Shown: positions 53,268-63,100 of the stretch, in pieces
Numbering within the stretch: the first letter of the stretch is position 1
Layout of the letters: every line of letters starts with the position of its first letter
Assembly: GCA_009695265.1 (NCBI GenBank)
Contig: SIBE01000001.1
Span: 45-64,044 of the forward strand
Direction of reading: 5' to 3'
Source: Pedosphaera sp.
Lineage (GTDB): Bacteria; Verrucomicrobiota; Verrucomicrobiia; Limisphaerales; SIBE01
Length of the DNA stretch: 64,000 nucleotides
Position numbers and translations under genes: made by a program
Notes under the pieces: generated by a model
What the model saw: the letters and a program-made list of their open reading frames with translations, nothing else
The model's database searches: none
Told to the model about the DNA's origin: nothing

Positions 53268-55256
53268 ATGCATTACGAACATTCATCAGAACCGCTGCGT
53301 ATTCTTCATTTGGAGGATGATCAACGCGACGCGGACCTGCTCTATGAGCGGCTTGCTCATGACGGGATTCCCCATATTCCTGACAGGGTTCACACAAAAG
53401 AGGCTTTTCAAAGTGCGCTTGAGCATGGTTCTCACGATCTGATTCTTGCTGAGATCGAGTTGGTTCAGTTCGATGGTCTGTCTGCGCTGAAGCTGGCCAA
53501 GGACTTGCGGCCCGAGTTGCCATTCATCTTTGTCACACGCGTTCCTGATGAGAAAAAGGAGATTGAGGCGTTGACGAATGGTGCCACCGATTACCTGCTC
53601 AAGAACCGACTTAACCGACTAAGCTTCACCATCCGTCGGGCTGTCGCTGAGGCGCGAGAACCAAGTCTGCGAACACTCGGTCACGACATGGAAGGTTTGG
53701 TGGAATTGGTGGAATCTTTTGAGAGTGCTCATGATGCGGTTGTTTTGCAGGACTTGGAGGACCGGATACTCTTCTGGAATACGGGGGCGGAACGATTGTA
53801 TGGCTGGCAAAGATCAGAGGTCTTGGGAAAGAGGATGCCTGAGATTTTTCAGAAAAACGAGGGGCTGTATCTGAGCGCTAAGCAAGAAGTCATGCAACGG
53901 GGGGAATGGAAAAGCGAATTGCATCAAGCAACAAAGAGTGGCCGAGAGGTTATCACCGATGCTTGCTGGACCTTGCTAAGGAATAAAGGGGGAAAGCCGA
54001 GGTCGATCTTGGCCAAGAATTCCGACATCACTGACAAGCGGAAGACGGAGAGCCGGTCCTTGCGGAATCAAAGGATGGAGGCTATCGGGATTTTGACCGG
54101 TGGGATCGCGCATAACTTGAACAATATTTTAGCGCCAGTGATGTTGTCCGCTTCACTGCTCCGATCGTCCGATCAGGGGAGTACAGAATTTGAGGATTTG
54201 CTCAAGACTATCGAGGATAACATTCAGCGCGGGGCGGATTTGATTAAGCAGCTTCTGGCCTTTTGCCGCGGAGCTGAAGGAAAGCATTCGGTCATCCGAT
54301 TAAATCATTTGATCGGCAAAATAGGCGGCTTGGCCCAGCAGACGTTCCCAAGGAACATCAACATTATCACTGAGATTTCAGATGACCTTTGGGCTATCAA
54401 AGGTGAAGCGACTCAGATCGACCAGGTCCTGCTCAACTTATGCTTGAACGCGCGGGACGCCATGCCTGAAGGAGGCTACCTGTCGATTAGGGCTGAGAAT
54501 ATAAAGCTCGACCCATCCAATGCCGAATTGGATGCCGAGGCAAAGCCTGGCCCTTATGTTCATGTGGTGGTCACAGATACCGGGTGCGGAATACCGAAAG
54601 ACATCGTTGATAAGATCTTTGAGCCGTTCTTCACGACCAAAGAGCCGGGGAAAGGAACCGGGCTCGGTTTATCCACGACGCTAGGGATTGTCCGAGCGCA
54701 TCAAGGCCTGTTGCATGTGCATAGCGAAGAGGAGAAAGGGAGCACCTTCGAAATCTATTTCCCAGGCTTGCCTGACGCGCCCAACGGAAGAGAAAAAGAA
54801 ACCGCAGGCGCAAGTCCGGTGGGACGAGGGCAAACTATTCTTTTGGTCGATGACGAACCAGGTATCTTGAACATGGCGCAAAAGATCCTGAGAATGAGCG
54901 GGTACGTTACCTTGACGGCTAGGGACGGAAGCGAAGCGATCAGTCTGTTTGTCCAAAGCCGCGGAAGCATCGATCTCGTGATCAGCGATATCGTAATGCC
55001 CTCCATGGATGGTGTCACTCTCCTGGGACTGATCAGAAAGATAGATTCCGGCGTCAGGTTGATCGCGTCGAGTGGCTTCAAAGAGGGGGTCGGTGCCGAT
55101 AAACTCGCTCAATTGGATCGGTTGGGAGTCAGTTGCATGTTGGAGAAGCCTTACACACTCGACAGGCTATTGACGACGATCGTTAAAGCGCTTGACGAAC
55201 ACCAGTCGCTCAGTGGCTCGGTGGGCAAGAGGGACACCTCAAAAATCAAGACCTAA
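53268..55256 (+). CDS. Hybrid sensor histidine kinase: pseudo-receiver - PAS - HisKA - HATPase_c - receiver
   Basis: Start placed at ATG 53268 ([18 protein letters not shown]).
- N-terminal REC-like domain with Glu at the phospho-acceptor position ([12 protein letters not shown] 53451-53453).
- PAS region: [14 protein letters not shown].
- H-box: [11 protein letters not shown].
- ATPase boxes: [26 protein letters not shown].
- C-terminal canonical REC: LLVDDEP ... [14 protein letters not shown] ... LEKPY. Confidence 0.88.
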   Translation: MHYEHSSEPLRILHLEDDQRDADLLYERLAHDGIPHIPDRVHTKEAFQSALEHGSHDLILAEIELVQFDGLSALKLAKDLRPELPFIFVTRVPDEKKEIEALTNGATDYLLKNRLNRLSFTIRRAVAEAREPSLRTLGHDMEGLVELVESFESAHDAVVLQDLEDRILFWNTGAERLYGWQRSEVLGKRMPEIFQKNEGLYLSAKQEVMQRGEWKSELHQATKSGREVITDACWTLLRNKGGKPRSILAKNSDITDKRKTESRSLRNQRMEAIGILTGGIAHNLNNILAPVMLSASLLRSSDQGSTEFEDLLKTIEDNIQRGADLIKQLLAFCRGAEGKHSVIRLNHLIGKIGGLAQQTFPRNINIITEISDDLWAIKGEATQIDQVLLNLCLNARDAMPEGGYLSIRAENIKLDPSNAELDAEAKPGPYVHVVVTDTGCGIPKDIVDKIFEPFFTTKEPGKGTGLGLSTTLGIVRAHQGLLHVHSEEEKGSTFEIYFPGLPDAPNGREKETAGASPVGRGQTILLVDDEPGILNMAQKILRMSGYVTLTARDGSEAISLFVQSRGSIDLVISDIVMPSMDGVTLLGLIRKIDSGVRLIASSGFKEGVGADKLAQLDRLGVSCMLEKPYTLDRLLTTIVKALDEHQSLSGSVGKRDTSKIKT

Positions 55257-55320
55257 TCGCGCGTGTGGGCCGAGAAGTCTCTGAAAATTCAATACCATAT
55301 TATTCTATCCTAGGCGGTGC

Positions 55321-56241
55321 ATGGACAACATCTTGAGCATATCTGTTGAATCGGACAACTCGGCGCATCGGTCATGTGTCGATCGTGTGAATGAACTGCT
55401 GAAAAACAAATCGGCCATCCCGACTTTCTCTCAGGCGGCGGTAAAGCTATGTGCCCTGGCGCAGAAGGAGGACGCCAGCATTGATGAGTTTACTCACGTG
55501 GTGTCGCTCGATCCGGGTTTAGCGGCTCGTTGTCTGTACGTGGCAAGTTCCATAGGATTTGCGGCCCGTCCCATTGAGAACATTCAGCAAGCATTGATGC
55601 TGGTGGGCGTCCGGCAAATCCGGCGTATCGCTTTCACTGTGGCTGTCATCGGCGCTTTTTCGGGTTTCAGCGCAAGAATCGATTGGAAGAAATTCTGGTT
55701 CCACAATGTCTTGGTGGCGCGCTTAACCGAAGATATTGCGAAGCGTTATCGCGAGGTTACTGGAATGGAGTACTTAGCGGGCCTCCTACATGACATCGGC
55801 AAAGTGATTGTGGAACATTATTTCCCCAAAGAATTTGAGCACGTCATCGTGGGCGCTATTGAGAAGCAATGCAATCACGCGCAGATGGAAAAATCCATCT
55901 TGGGCGTGGACCACGCGCAGATCGGCGCAGCGATGTGCCAGTCGATGCAAATCCACCCGCACATCCAGCGAGCGGTTCGCTTTCACCATGAACCGATGAG
56001 CCCGGCTCACGCTTCGGATCCGGATGGAGATCTCGGGTTCTTAGCGACGTGCGTTTGCGCTGCTGATCAAGTGGCAAACAAGGTGATCATGCGGCGGAAG
56101 GAACCTATCCAGCCGGTTTCCCTGGCTGAATTCGCCCCGAAAGGGAGCTTCATGCATCAGCAACAAAATGCTCTTTCTCTCCCCTTGGACGTGCAAAAGG
56201 AAGTCGCAAAAACCGAAGGAGATCTAGCAGGATTGCTGTAG
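55321..56241 (+). CDS. HDOD-domain signalling protein
   Basis: 306 aa. PTFSQAAVKLCALAQKEDASIDEFTHVVSLDPGLAARCL... and GLLHDIGKVIVEHYFP...DHAQIGAAM are typical of the HDOD (HD-related output) domain. Confidence 0.85.
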   Translation: MDNILSISVESDNSAHRSCVDRVNELLKNKSAIPTFSQAAVKLCALAQKEDASIDEFTHVVSLDPGLAARCLYVASSIGFAARPIENIQQALMLVGVRQIRRIAFTVAVIGAFSGFSARIDWKKFWFHNVLVARLTEDIAKRYREVTGMEYLAGLLHDIGKVIVEHYFPKEFEHVIVGAIEKQCNHAQMEKSILGVDHAQIGAAMCQSMQIHPHIQRAVRFHHEPMSPAHASDPDGDLGFLATCVCAADQVANKVIMRRKEPIQPVSLAEFAPKGSFMHQQQNALSLPLDVQKEVAKTEGDLAGLL

Positions 56242-56261
56242 TGGAGCATTGACGCACTCAC

Positions 56262-57413
56262 ATGGCGCGGGTCGTTATCGAAAATCTTTCCAAGGTCTTC
56301 AAGACCTCGACGAAGGGAGATATTTGGGCAGTCAAAGAGGTTGATCTTGTGGTTGAAGATCAAGAGTTTCTTGTCCTGGTAGGTCCGTCCGGCTGCGGGA
56401 AATCAACTTTGTTGCGAATGATCGCTGGTCTGGAGGATGTTTCTCAGGGCGCGATTTCTGTTGATGGCGTTCGTATGAACGAGGTTCCTCCCGGGGACCG
56501 TGATGTCGCCATGGTTTTCCAGAACTACGCTCTTTATCCGCACATGACCACGTATGAGAACATTGCTTTTGGACTCAAGCTGCGAAGGTTCTCCAAGCCG
56601 GAAATTGACACGCGTGTTCGGGAGACTGCGGAACTCCTGAGTCTTAGTTCGGTTCTGGACCGTTTGCCAAACACGCTTTCGGGCGGTCAACGTCAGCGGG
56701 TCGCAGTAGGTCGCGCGATCGTTCGCAAGCCCAAAGTATTTCTATTCGATGAGCCGCTTTCGAACCTCGATGCCCCGATGCGTGCTCAGATGCGCCGGGA
56801 ACTCTCGAAGCTGCACGCCCGCTTGGCATCCACGATGATTCTGGTGACGCACGATCAGGTCGAAGCGATGACGATGGGAGATCGAGTTGCCGTCATGAAG
56901 GAAGGTGTCGTTCAGCAAGTCGCTGCCCCGATTACTCTCTACAATAAGCCCGTGAATAGGTTTGTAGCTGAGTTCATCGGTTCGCCACCGATGAATCTTT
57001 TCCGAGGAGTGCTGCGTTCAGAAGGGTCCACGGTTTATTTTCATGAGCAATCCGAGCACGACCACTTGCCGCCTGGGCGTTTGAGCGTTCGGTTGGACGA
57101 TCGGATGTCATCCTCACTGACGGGTTACGACGGGAGTCTGATCGTGTTTGGGATTCGCTCTGAAGATATCTTAGTCAACCAGCCGACAGCGAGTGGTGCG
57201 GCTATCCAAAGAACCGCAGAATGTGTCGTCGAGTCAATTGAGCCGATGGGCTCGGAAACTTATTTGTCGGTCACGACCGGTGTGCATTCTTTCATCGTCC
57301 GTGTCTCGGCGAATTTTCGGACGGCATTGCAGCAAAGAATTTCTCTCACGTTCGATATGACCAAGGCGCACTTTTTCGATCCGGCAACCGAGGGAGCATT
57401 GAATCCCAGTTGA
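56262..57413 (+). CDS. ABC transporter ATP-binding protein, MalK/UgpC (carbohydrate-uptake) type
   Basis: 383 aa. Walker A GPSGCGKST, Q-loop, signature LSGGQRQRVAVGRA, Walker B VFLFDEPLSNLD, H-loop VTHDQ, plus a MalK-like C-terminal regulatory/TOBE domain. There are no permease or binding-protein genes adjacent. Confidence 0.88.
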   Translation: MARVVIENLSKVFKTSTKGDIWAVKEVDLVVEDQEFLVLVGPSGCGKSTLLRMIAGLEDVSQGAISVDGVRMNEVPPGDRDVAMVFQNYALYPHMTTYENIAFGLKLRRFSKPEIDTRVRETAELLSLSSVLDRLPNTLSGGQRQRVAVGRAIVRKPKVFLFDEPLSNLDAPMRAQMRRELSKLHARLASTMILVTHDQVEAMTMGDRVAVMKEGVVQQVAAPITLYNKPVNRFVAEFIGSPPMNLFRGVLRSEGSTVYFHEQSEHDHLPPGRLSVRLDDRMSSSLTGYDGSLIVFGIRSEDILVNQPTASGAAIQRTAECVVESIEPMGSETYLSVTTGVHSFIVRVSANFRTALQQRISLTFDMTKAHFFDPATEGALNPS

Positions 57414-57444
57414 GTTCCAGGCTTTTGATAGCGAGGATGAATTC

Positions 57445-58545
57445 ATGACTTCACTTGCGTTACGCGAATTTCACAGCGTTTTCGGTGCTCAATTTACGGA
57501 GTTAAACGGCCAGGAAGCTGTCGCGCAGTACGGCGACACACTCAACGAGCACGCTGTTTTGAAACAAGCGGCTGGCGTGATGGACCTGAGCTGTCGCGGG
57601 CGGCTTTGTCTCACCGGATCAGATCGCAAGCGGTTTCTCAATGGGCAGGTCACGAACAATGTCCACGACTTGAAGGCGGGCGAAGGCTGTTACGCGGCGC
57701 TTGTCACGGCGAAAGGGAAGATGCTCAGCGATTTGAACATTTATCTCCTCGAAGACGAAATCCTCCTGGACTTCGAGCCAGGCTATGGAGAGGCCATTGC
57801 ACGCCGCCTGGAAAAATACATCATCGCCGATGACGTCCAGATCATTGATGTCGCCTCGCATTACGGGTTGCTCAGTGTTCAAGGGCCGAGGGCAGGGGAG
57901 ATCATTCGCCACTTGGACTGGGGAGTCGAGGTTCCGCCAAGCCTAATGAGCTTTGCCATCAAGAAAGATGCGGTTCTCGGTGAGATCTACTTGATGAACC
58001 AGCGGCGCACTGGAACAAGTGGCTACGATGTGTTCGCGCCGGTCAGTGCGGTTCGAGCCGTTGCGGATCAGTTGATGACAGCGGCAAAATCTGTGGGAGG
58101 AATTCTGTGTGGCTGGCAAGCGCTCGAGATGGCCAGAATTGAGGCGGGGATTCCCCGGTTTGGCGTGGACATGGATGAATCCAACTTGCCTCCTGAAACC
58201 GGATTGGAAGCGCGGGCCATCAGCTATAGCAAAGGCTGCTACATCGGCCAGGAAGTTATCGCCCGCATTCGCACTTATGGGCAAGTTGCCAAAGCCCTGC
58301 GTGGTTTGCGTTTAGCAGATGATCTAAAACAGTTGCCACTCAATGGCGACAAGCTTTTCAAAGATGGCAAGGAAGTCGGCTATATCACAAGCGCTCTGGC
58401 TTCACCCACAGTTCACGCTAATATCGCTTTGGGATATGTTCGGCGTGGGGCAAATCAGATTGGAACCGAGTTGAGATTACATGCCGCAGATGGCGAAACT
58501 GTGGTCAGGGTGGCACCGTTGCCTTTCACCGCTGACCCACAGTAA
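57445..58545 (+). CDS. Folate-binding GcvT/YgfZ-family protein (aminomethyltransferase-like)
   Basis: 366 aa. AAGVMDLSCRGRLCLTGSDRKRFLNGQVTNNV, WQALEMARIEAGIPRFGVDMDE..LP.E and SYSKGCYIGQEVIARI (the KGCYxGQE motif typical of YgfZ/CAF17). Confidence 0.8.
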   Translation: MTSLALREFHSVFGAQFTELNGQEAVAQYGDTLNEHAVLKQAAGVMDLSCRGRLCLTGSDRKRFLNGQVTNNVHDLKAGEGCYAALVTAKGKMLSDLNIYLLEDEILLDFEPGYGEAIARRLEKYIIADDVQIIDVASHYGLLSVQGPRAGEIIRHLDWGVEVPPSLMSFAIKKDAVLGEIYLMNQRRTGTSGYDVFAPVSAVRAVADQLMTAAKSVGGILCGWQALEMARIEAGIPRFGVDMDESNLPPETGLEARAISYSKGCYIGQEVIARIRTYGQVAKALRGLRLADDLKQLPLNGDKLFKDGKEVGYITSALASPTVHANIALGYVRRGANQIGTELRLHAADGETVVRVAPLPFTADPQ

Positions 58546-58577
58546 ACTTAGAGAGGTGCCGTTGGGCCACGCGATGC

Positions 58578-59222
58578 TCAATTCTTTTTGGAGAGTTTTT
58601 CGAAATCGGTTTGGTCACCTTTGAAGGCTTTCGCTTTCTCGCCAATTCGAAGAATTTTGACGGCTTTAATGGAGTCGTCTTTTTCTATCCTGTTCACCAC
58701 ATCCTGGCCCTGCACGACGTGACCGAAGACGCTGTGCTTGCCATCCAACCAAGGCGTCTCCTTGTGAGTGATGAAGAATTGGCTGCCATTGCTGCCGGGG
58801 CCTGAGTTGGCCATGGAAAAAATTCCCGGCCGATCGTGTTTCAATGTTGGGTGAAATTCATCGCGGAATTTGTAGCCAGGATCCCCTCGGCCCGAACCCT
58901 GAGGGCAACCGCCCTGGATCATGAAATTGGGGATTACTCGATGGAAGATCAGTCCATCGTAGAACGGTTTGCCTTGTGACTTGGGCGGTTCGCCGGAAGT
59001 TTTGGAATAATTTTTTGTCCCTTCAGCCAGTCCGACAAAATTCGCGACGGTCAGAGGTGTCTTTTCAAATTCCAACTCGAGAACGATCTTTCCTTTGGAT
59101 GTGTCGAATTCAGCATACACGCCATCTTTCAATTTCGTTTCTGCATCGGCGGCCAGCACGGCCCACGGAGACGAGGCAAGCAACCCAAGAACCAACGTTG
59201 TGAGAAAATGTTTTCTTAACAT
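58578..59222 (-). CDS. Periplasmic cyclophilin-type peptidyl-prolyl cis-trans isomerase
   Basis: Start placed at the internal ATG 59222 (MLRKHFLTTLVLGLLASSPWAVLAA signal peptide). FHRVIPNFMIQGGCP and MANSGPGSNGSQFFI..K..PWLDGKH.VFG.V are cyclophilin motifs. Confidence 0.9.
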   Translation of the reverse strand: MLRKHFLTTLVLGLLASSPWAVLAADAETKLKDGVYAEFDTSKGKIVLELEFEKTPLTVANFVGLAEGTKNYSKTSGEPPKSQGKPFYDGLIFHRVIPNFMIQGGCPQGSGRGDPGYKFRDEFHPTLKHDRPGIFSMANSGPGSNGSQFFITHKETPWLDGKHSVFGHVVQGQDVVNRIEKDDSIKAVKILRIGEKAKAFKGDQTDFEKLSKKN

Positions 59223-59415
59223 AGTTCGAGTATGAAACTGGATTTTTGTCCGGAGCAAAAGAACTTTTTTTCACGCTTGCGATAACTCGGCGTCGCTATT
59301 AACTTGCCCGCGCCTGTGAGCTTGTTATTAAAGCCTGCTGCCAGGAATGATTTGCCAATTGCCGGTGCGAGATCGTTTGTAATACCAAGGCTCGAGCCTG
59401 ATTGGCGATCAGCCT

Positions 59416-59964
59416 TTGATAACCTTAACCTTTGAACGAGTGAACGATATTGATACTAACGAAGTTGGGGTCATTAAAACCACTCAGGGGGAGATGGTTG
59501 TCGAATTTTGGCCGGATGTAGCTCCAAAAACAGTCGAGAACTTTAAGAAGTTGGCTCAAGAGGGATTTTACGATGGGACAGCTTTCCACCGAATTGTGAA
59601 GGGTTTCATGATTCAAGGCGGTGATCCACTCAGCAAGAAAGATGACTCAATGGTCGGCACGGGCGGCCCCGGCTATAAACTCAAAGCCGAGTTTAATAGC
59701 AAATCTCACGTGCGAGGTGTTCTCTCCATGGCCCGGTCTCAAGATCCGGATTCCGCCGGAAGCCAGTTTTTTATTTGTCTCGGGGATGCTAAATTTCTCG
59801 ATCGCCAGTACACGGCATTCGCCCAAGTAATCAAGGGAGATGGTGTCTTGGGAAAAATCGGCGACACAACGACGACCTCCGGTTCGGGTGGGGAAAAGAG
59901 CCAGCCGACGGTTCGAGTGGGTGTTGAGAGCGTCAAAATCGTCCCTGCTGATTCCGTAAAATAG
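59416..59964 (+). CDS. Cytoplasmic cyclophilin-type peptidyl-prolyl cis-trans isomerase
   Basis: FYDGTAFHRIVKGFMIQGGDP and MARSQDPDSAGSQFFICLGDAKFLDRQYTAFA. The listed start is TTG 59416. An alternative GTG lies at 59440, so the start is uncertain. Confidence 0.88.
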   Translation: MITLTFERVNDIDTNEVGVIKTTQGEMVVEFWPDVAPKTVENFKKLAQEGFYDGTAFHRIVKGFMIQGGDPLSKKDDSMVGTGGPGYKLKAEFNSKSHVRGVLSMARSQDPDSAGSQFFICLGDAKFLDRQYTAFAQVIKGDGVLGKIGDTTTTSGSGGEKSQPTVRVGVESVKIVPADSVK

Positions 59965-60027
59965 TAGAGCATGTCTGCGGCTTCGAACGCCGCGAGAGAT
60001 TCAGCCGAGAGTCAGGGGGCTCTAAGC

Positions 60028-60732
60028 TCACTTCTTTTTTACAGGCTTGGCTGGAGCGGTTACGGGCTTTTCGTCTTTCTGAGGCGCTTTTGGCGGCGCG
60101 ATGGAGGTTTTGTCCTCCTTCGGTTCGGATGTGAAGAATCCAGCCGGTGCGGTGATGTTAAGTTGTGCTAAGACTTCGTCCGTAAGATCGTTCTGCCCGG
60201 CGGAGTAGAGGATGACTGGTGTCTGAAAAAAGGCGAGCGCCGAAGAATCGAACACAAATGTGTAGCTGCCCCCTTTGGCTTTGGTGTTGATCACGTCTTG
60301 AATTTCTTTAAGGATGTTCTCACGCATTCGTGCCTTTTGCTCCAGAATGTTGGTTTCGGCTTGCTTCCTATACTGAGTCACGCTTTGTTCGATTTCTTTC
60401 AGTTCGGATACTTTACTCTCGGCGGTTTTTCGCCGTTTCTCGCGTTCATCCGCAGAAACTGCCTGATCATTCGCGCTCTCGATCAGTTTGTTATATTCCT
60501 GCTGTTTTTTCCTGTACTCATCGACATAGCCGGCGAGGACTTTATCTGCGTCGGCACCGCTGCCTTGCAGGAGTGTGTCCGCCTGTTTGGTTTTATAATA
60601 GCCGTCGAAAACTTTCTTAAGATCGATCGTGGCAATTTTTGGCTGAGCTTGCAGCGAAGCGGCTAATGCGCACAAGGCAAACAGGGCTGTGGCAGCTCCG
60701 GAGATTCTCTTAGAAAAGGAAAATATTCTCAT
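60028..60732 (-). CDS. skp: OmpH/Skp-family periplasmic chaperone with Lys/Pro-rich C-terminal tail
   Basis: 234 aa. Signal peptide, KIATIDLKKVFDGYYKTKQA, a long helical arm region, and its position immediately downstream of bamA (13-nt gap). Confidence 0.85.
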   Translation of the reverse strand: MRIFSFSKRISGAATALFALCALAASLQAQPKIATIDLKKVFDGYYKTKQADTLLQGSGADADKVLAGYVDEYRKKQQEYNKLIESANDQAVSADEREKRRKTAESKVSELKEIEQSVTQYRKQAETNILEQKARMRENILKEIQDVINTKAKGGSYTFVFDSSALAFFQTPVILYSAGQNDLTDEVLAQLNITAPAGFFTSEPKEDKTSIAPPKAPQKDEKPVTAPAKPVKKK

Positions 60733-60745
60733 TTGTTATTAAAAT

Positions 60746-63100
60746 TTAATAGTCGGCTGTGTAACTGACGCTGAATTGGAAGCGGCCGCGGCCACTGATA
60801 AAGTCATCATGTGAAATCGGAATGCCATAGTCCAGCCGCAATGGCCCCAACCTTGGGATGTTAAGCCGGAATCCCAAGCCCCAGTTATCACTGTAAAACT
60901 TCTGACCACTGGTGCGGCCGAAGCTAAAGGAGTTTTCATACACATTACCGATGTCATAGAACAGCGCAAAGCGCAACCGCTCAACGATCGGTAGGCTATA
61001 TTCAACAGAGCCGAACCAATACGTTTCGCCGCCTACCGGCTCGTTATCTCCCTGGGGTCCCACTTCCCTAGGCCCAATATCACGGTACTTGTAACCGCGA
61101 AGTGAACCAACGCCACCCAGAAAAAAGCGGTCGAAAAGCGGCACGCGATCTGAGCCGCTGTATGTTTCGACAACACCAACTCGTCCGCGCATCTCCCAGA
61201 CATGGTTCTCGAAGAAACCAGGGAAATACCAGGACGACCTGAGTTCAAATTTATAGAAATCCGTTTCGCCACCGAACGGACCGCCAGCGAGTTCGCTGAG
61301 CACTTCTGAACGCTGACCTCTGTTGGGCAGTTGAACATTGTTTCGAGTGTCGTATGCGAGAGAGGCTCCTACCTTTGATACTAATCGATTGGCCGGTTCC
61401 TTCTGAATGACTAACGGCGCTCGCCCATCCACATTATCTATGCCGATGTTCTCAATTGTATAACTGACGCTGCCGATCAAGAACTCGCTGCCTAAAGCCT
61501 TCCGCAGCCCGAGACGCACACCGGTTTGTCGGATGTCGTACAAGTCGCTGTAAAAGTTCAGCTCGCGGTGGTACAAATCAGTCTCGAAGGCCAATCTGCG
61601 TCCTAAAAACCACGGCTCGATGAAGGAGATTTGGAAATCTTTTCGTCGAGTTCCCAGTTGCACATGAATCCGAAATTTTTGCCCGCCGCCTCTGAATGTT
61701 GGCGGATTAAAGAGATCGAAGTTCCCTTCGCGGAATCCGACAAACCCTACCAGGTTGTCCACCGAACTGAATCCCGCCCCAAGCTCGATATTGCCAGTGC
61801 TCGCCTCCTCCACATCAACAACCAGGTTCTTGCGATTGGGGATGTCAGTGGGATCCACTTCGGTTTCCACTTTTTCGAAGAAACCCATCTGCTCCAAACG
61901 GCTTTTGCTCCGCTTCACTCGGACCATGTCGAAAACCTCGCCGGGTGCCACGGCTAATTCGCGGCGGATGACCTTGTCTTTTGTTTTTGTGTTGCCCTTG
62001 ATTTCAATCTTCTCGATGAAGGATTTCCCTTTGTCTTCGTCCCGGATTTCGTAAACGAGATCCATCGTTCCGCTTTCCGTGTTCGGATTCTTGATGGCTC
62101 GGACCCACGTGTCAATATAGCCTCGGCTGCCGTAAAAATCCCGAATCGCCTCGATATCAGCTTCAAGCCCTTTCGGGGTAAACACCTTCCCGACTCCCAT
62201 TCTCACACCCTTGCTGTTCTTGTCGCCTTTCATGATATCTTCGTCAGGGAAGAGGGAATTTTCTTTGATGTCCACCGCCCCCACTTTGTACTGGTGCCCT
62301 TCGGAGATTTGAAAGCGAATCGTCAGGTGTTTAGGGTCGCTGTAGTCGAACTGAACATCTTTGATTTCAAAGTCGATATACCCTTCGTTCCGATAAAAGC
62401 TGGCGAGCTTCTCCTTATCGTCCTCAAATTGTTCATCCTTCAGAACTCCACTGCCGGTGATCCACGAGAACATCCAGTGTCGGCGGGTCTTAATGACTTT
62501 CCGGAGTTTCTTTTGCGGAAAGGCTTTTGCTCCCACAAACTCCACGCCCTCGATCCTCACCTTGGGACTCTCAGTGATTTCGAAGGTGACCGTCCCACGG
62601 CCGGACGCTTCGACGATGTTCGGCTTGGCTTCAACCTTGGTCCGTTGATACCCAGCTTTCTGATACAGTTTCTGGATCTCCTGGGAATCAGAAAATAGTT
62701 TGCGGTCATCCAGCGGCTCGCCAGTCTTCGAAGTCACCTTCTTAAGCAATTTGGAGCTCTTATATTTCTTGTTTCCCTCGAAGCGGATGTCGGCGAGGAT
62801 TGGTTTCCCTTGCACGAAGTAAATCAGGTTAATGCCTGTTGCCGTCCTATCCATCGCAAACCGGATGTTATAAAATAGCCCCGTCGAATAGAGGATTTTG
62901 ACGTCGTCTTCGACGCTATTGGGAGTGTAGGTGTCGCCGACTTTTACCCGGAGATTGGCTCTAATCAGCTCATCGCTCGCAGCGGGAGGGCCCACGTGAC
63001 GGATCTCGACAGTCTGAACTGTTTCCGCAGAGATATTTGGCAGCCAACAAAGAAAAAGAGCCCAAACAGGCCAGCACCGGCGAAGCAAGGATGTGATCAT
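60746..63100 (-). CDS. bamA: Outer-membrane protein assembly factor BamA (Omp85)
   Basis: 784 aa. Signal peptide and five POTRA-like units (IEGVEFVGAKAF..KKLRKVI, IEIKGNTKTKDKVIRREL). C-terminal 16-strand barrel ending with GRFQFSVSYTADY, which has the terminal aromatic residue. Confidence 0.93.
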   Translation of the reverse strand: MITSLLRRCWPVWALFLCWLPNISAETVQTVEIRHVGPPAASDELIRANLRVKVGDTYTPNSVEDDVKILYSTGLFYNIRFAMDRTATGINLIYFVQGKPILADIRFEGNKKYKSSKLLKKVTSKTGEPLDDRKLFSDSQEIQKLYQKAGYQRTKVEAKPNIVEASGRGTVTFEITESPKVRIEGVEFVGAKAFPQKKLRKVIKTRRHWMFSWITGSGVLKDEQFEDDKEKLASFYRNEGYIDFEIKDVQFDYSDPKHLTIRFQISEGHQYKVGAVDIKENSLFPDEDIMKGDKNSKGVRMGVGKVFTPKGLEADIEAIRDFYGSRGYIDTWVRAIKNPNTESGTMDLVYEIRDEDKGKSFIEKIEIKGNTKTKDKVIRRELAVAPGEVFDMVRVKRSKSRLEQMGFFEKVETEVDPTDIPNRKNLVVDVEEASTGNIELGAGFSSVDNLVGFVGFREGNFDLFNPPTFRGGGQKFRIHVQLGTRRKDFQISFIEPWFLGRRLAFETDLYHRELNFYSDLYDIRQTGVRLGLRKALGSEFLIGSVSYTIENIGIDNVDGRAPLVIQKEPANRLVSKVGASLAYDTRNNVQLPNRGQRSEVLSELAGGPFGGETDFYKFELRSSWYFPGFFENHVWEMRGRVGVVETYSGSDRVPLFDRFFLGGVGSLRGYKYRDIGPREVGPQGDNEPVGGETYWFGSVEYSLPIVERLRFALFYDIGNVYENSFSFGRTSGQKFYSDNWGLGFRLNIPRLGPLRLDYGIPISHDDFISGRGRFQFSVSYTADY

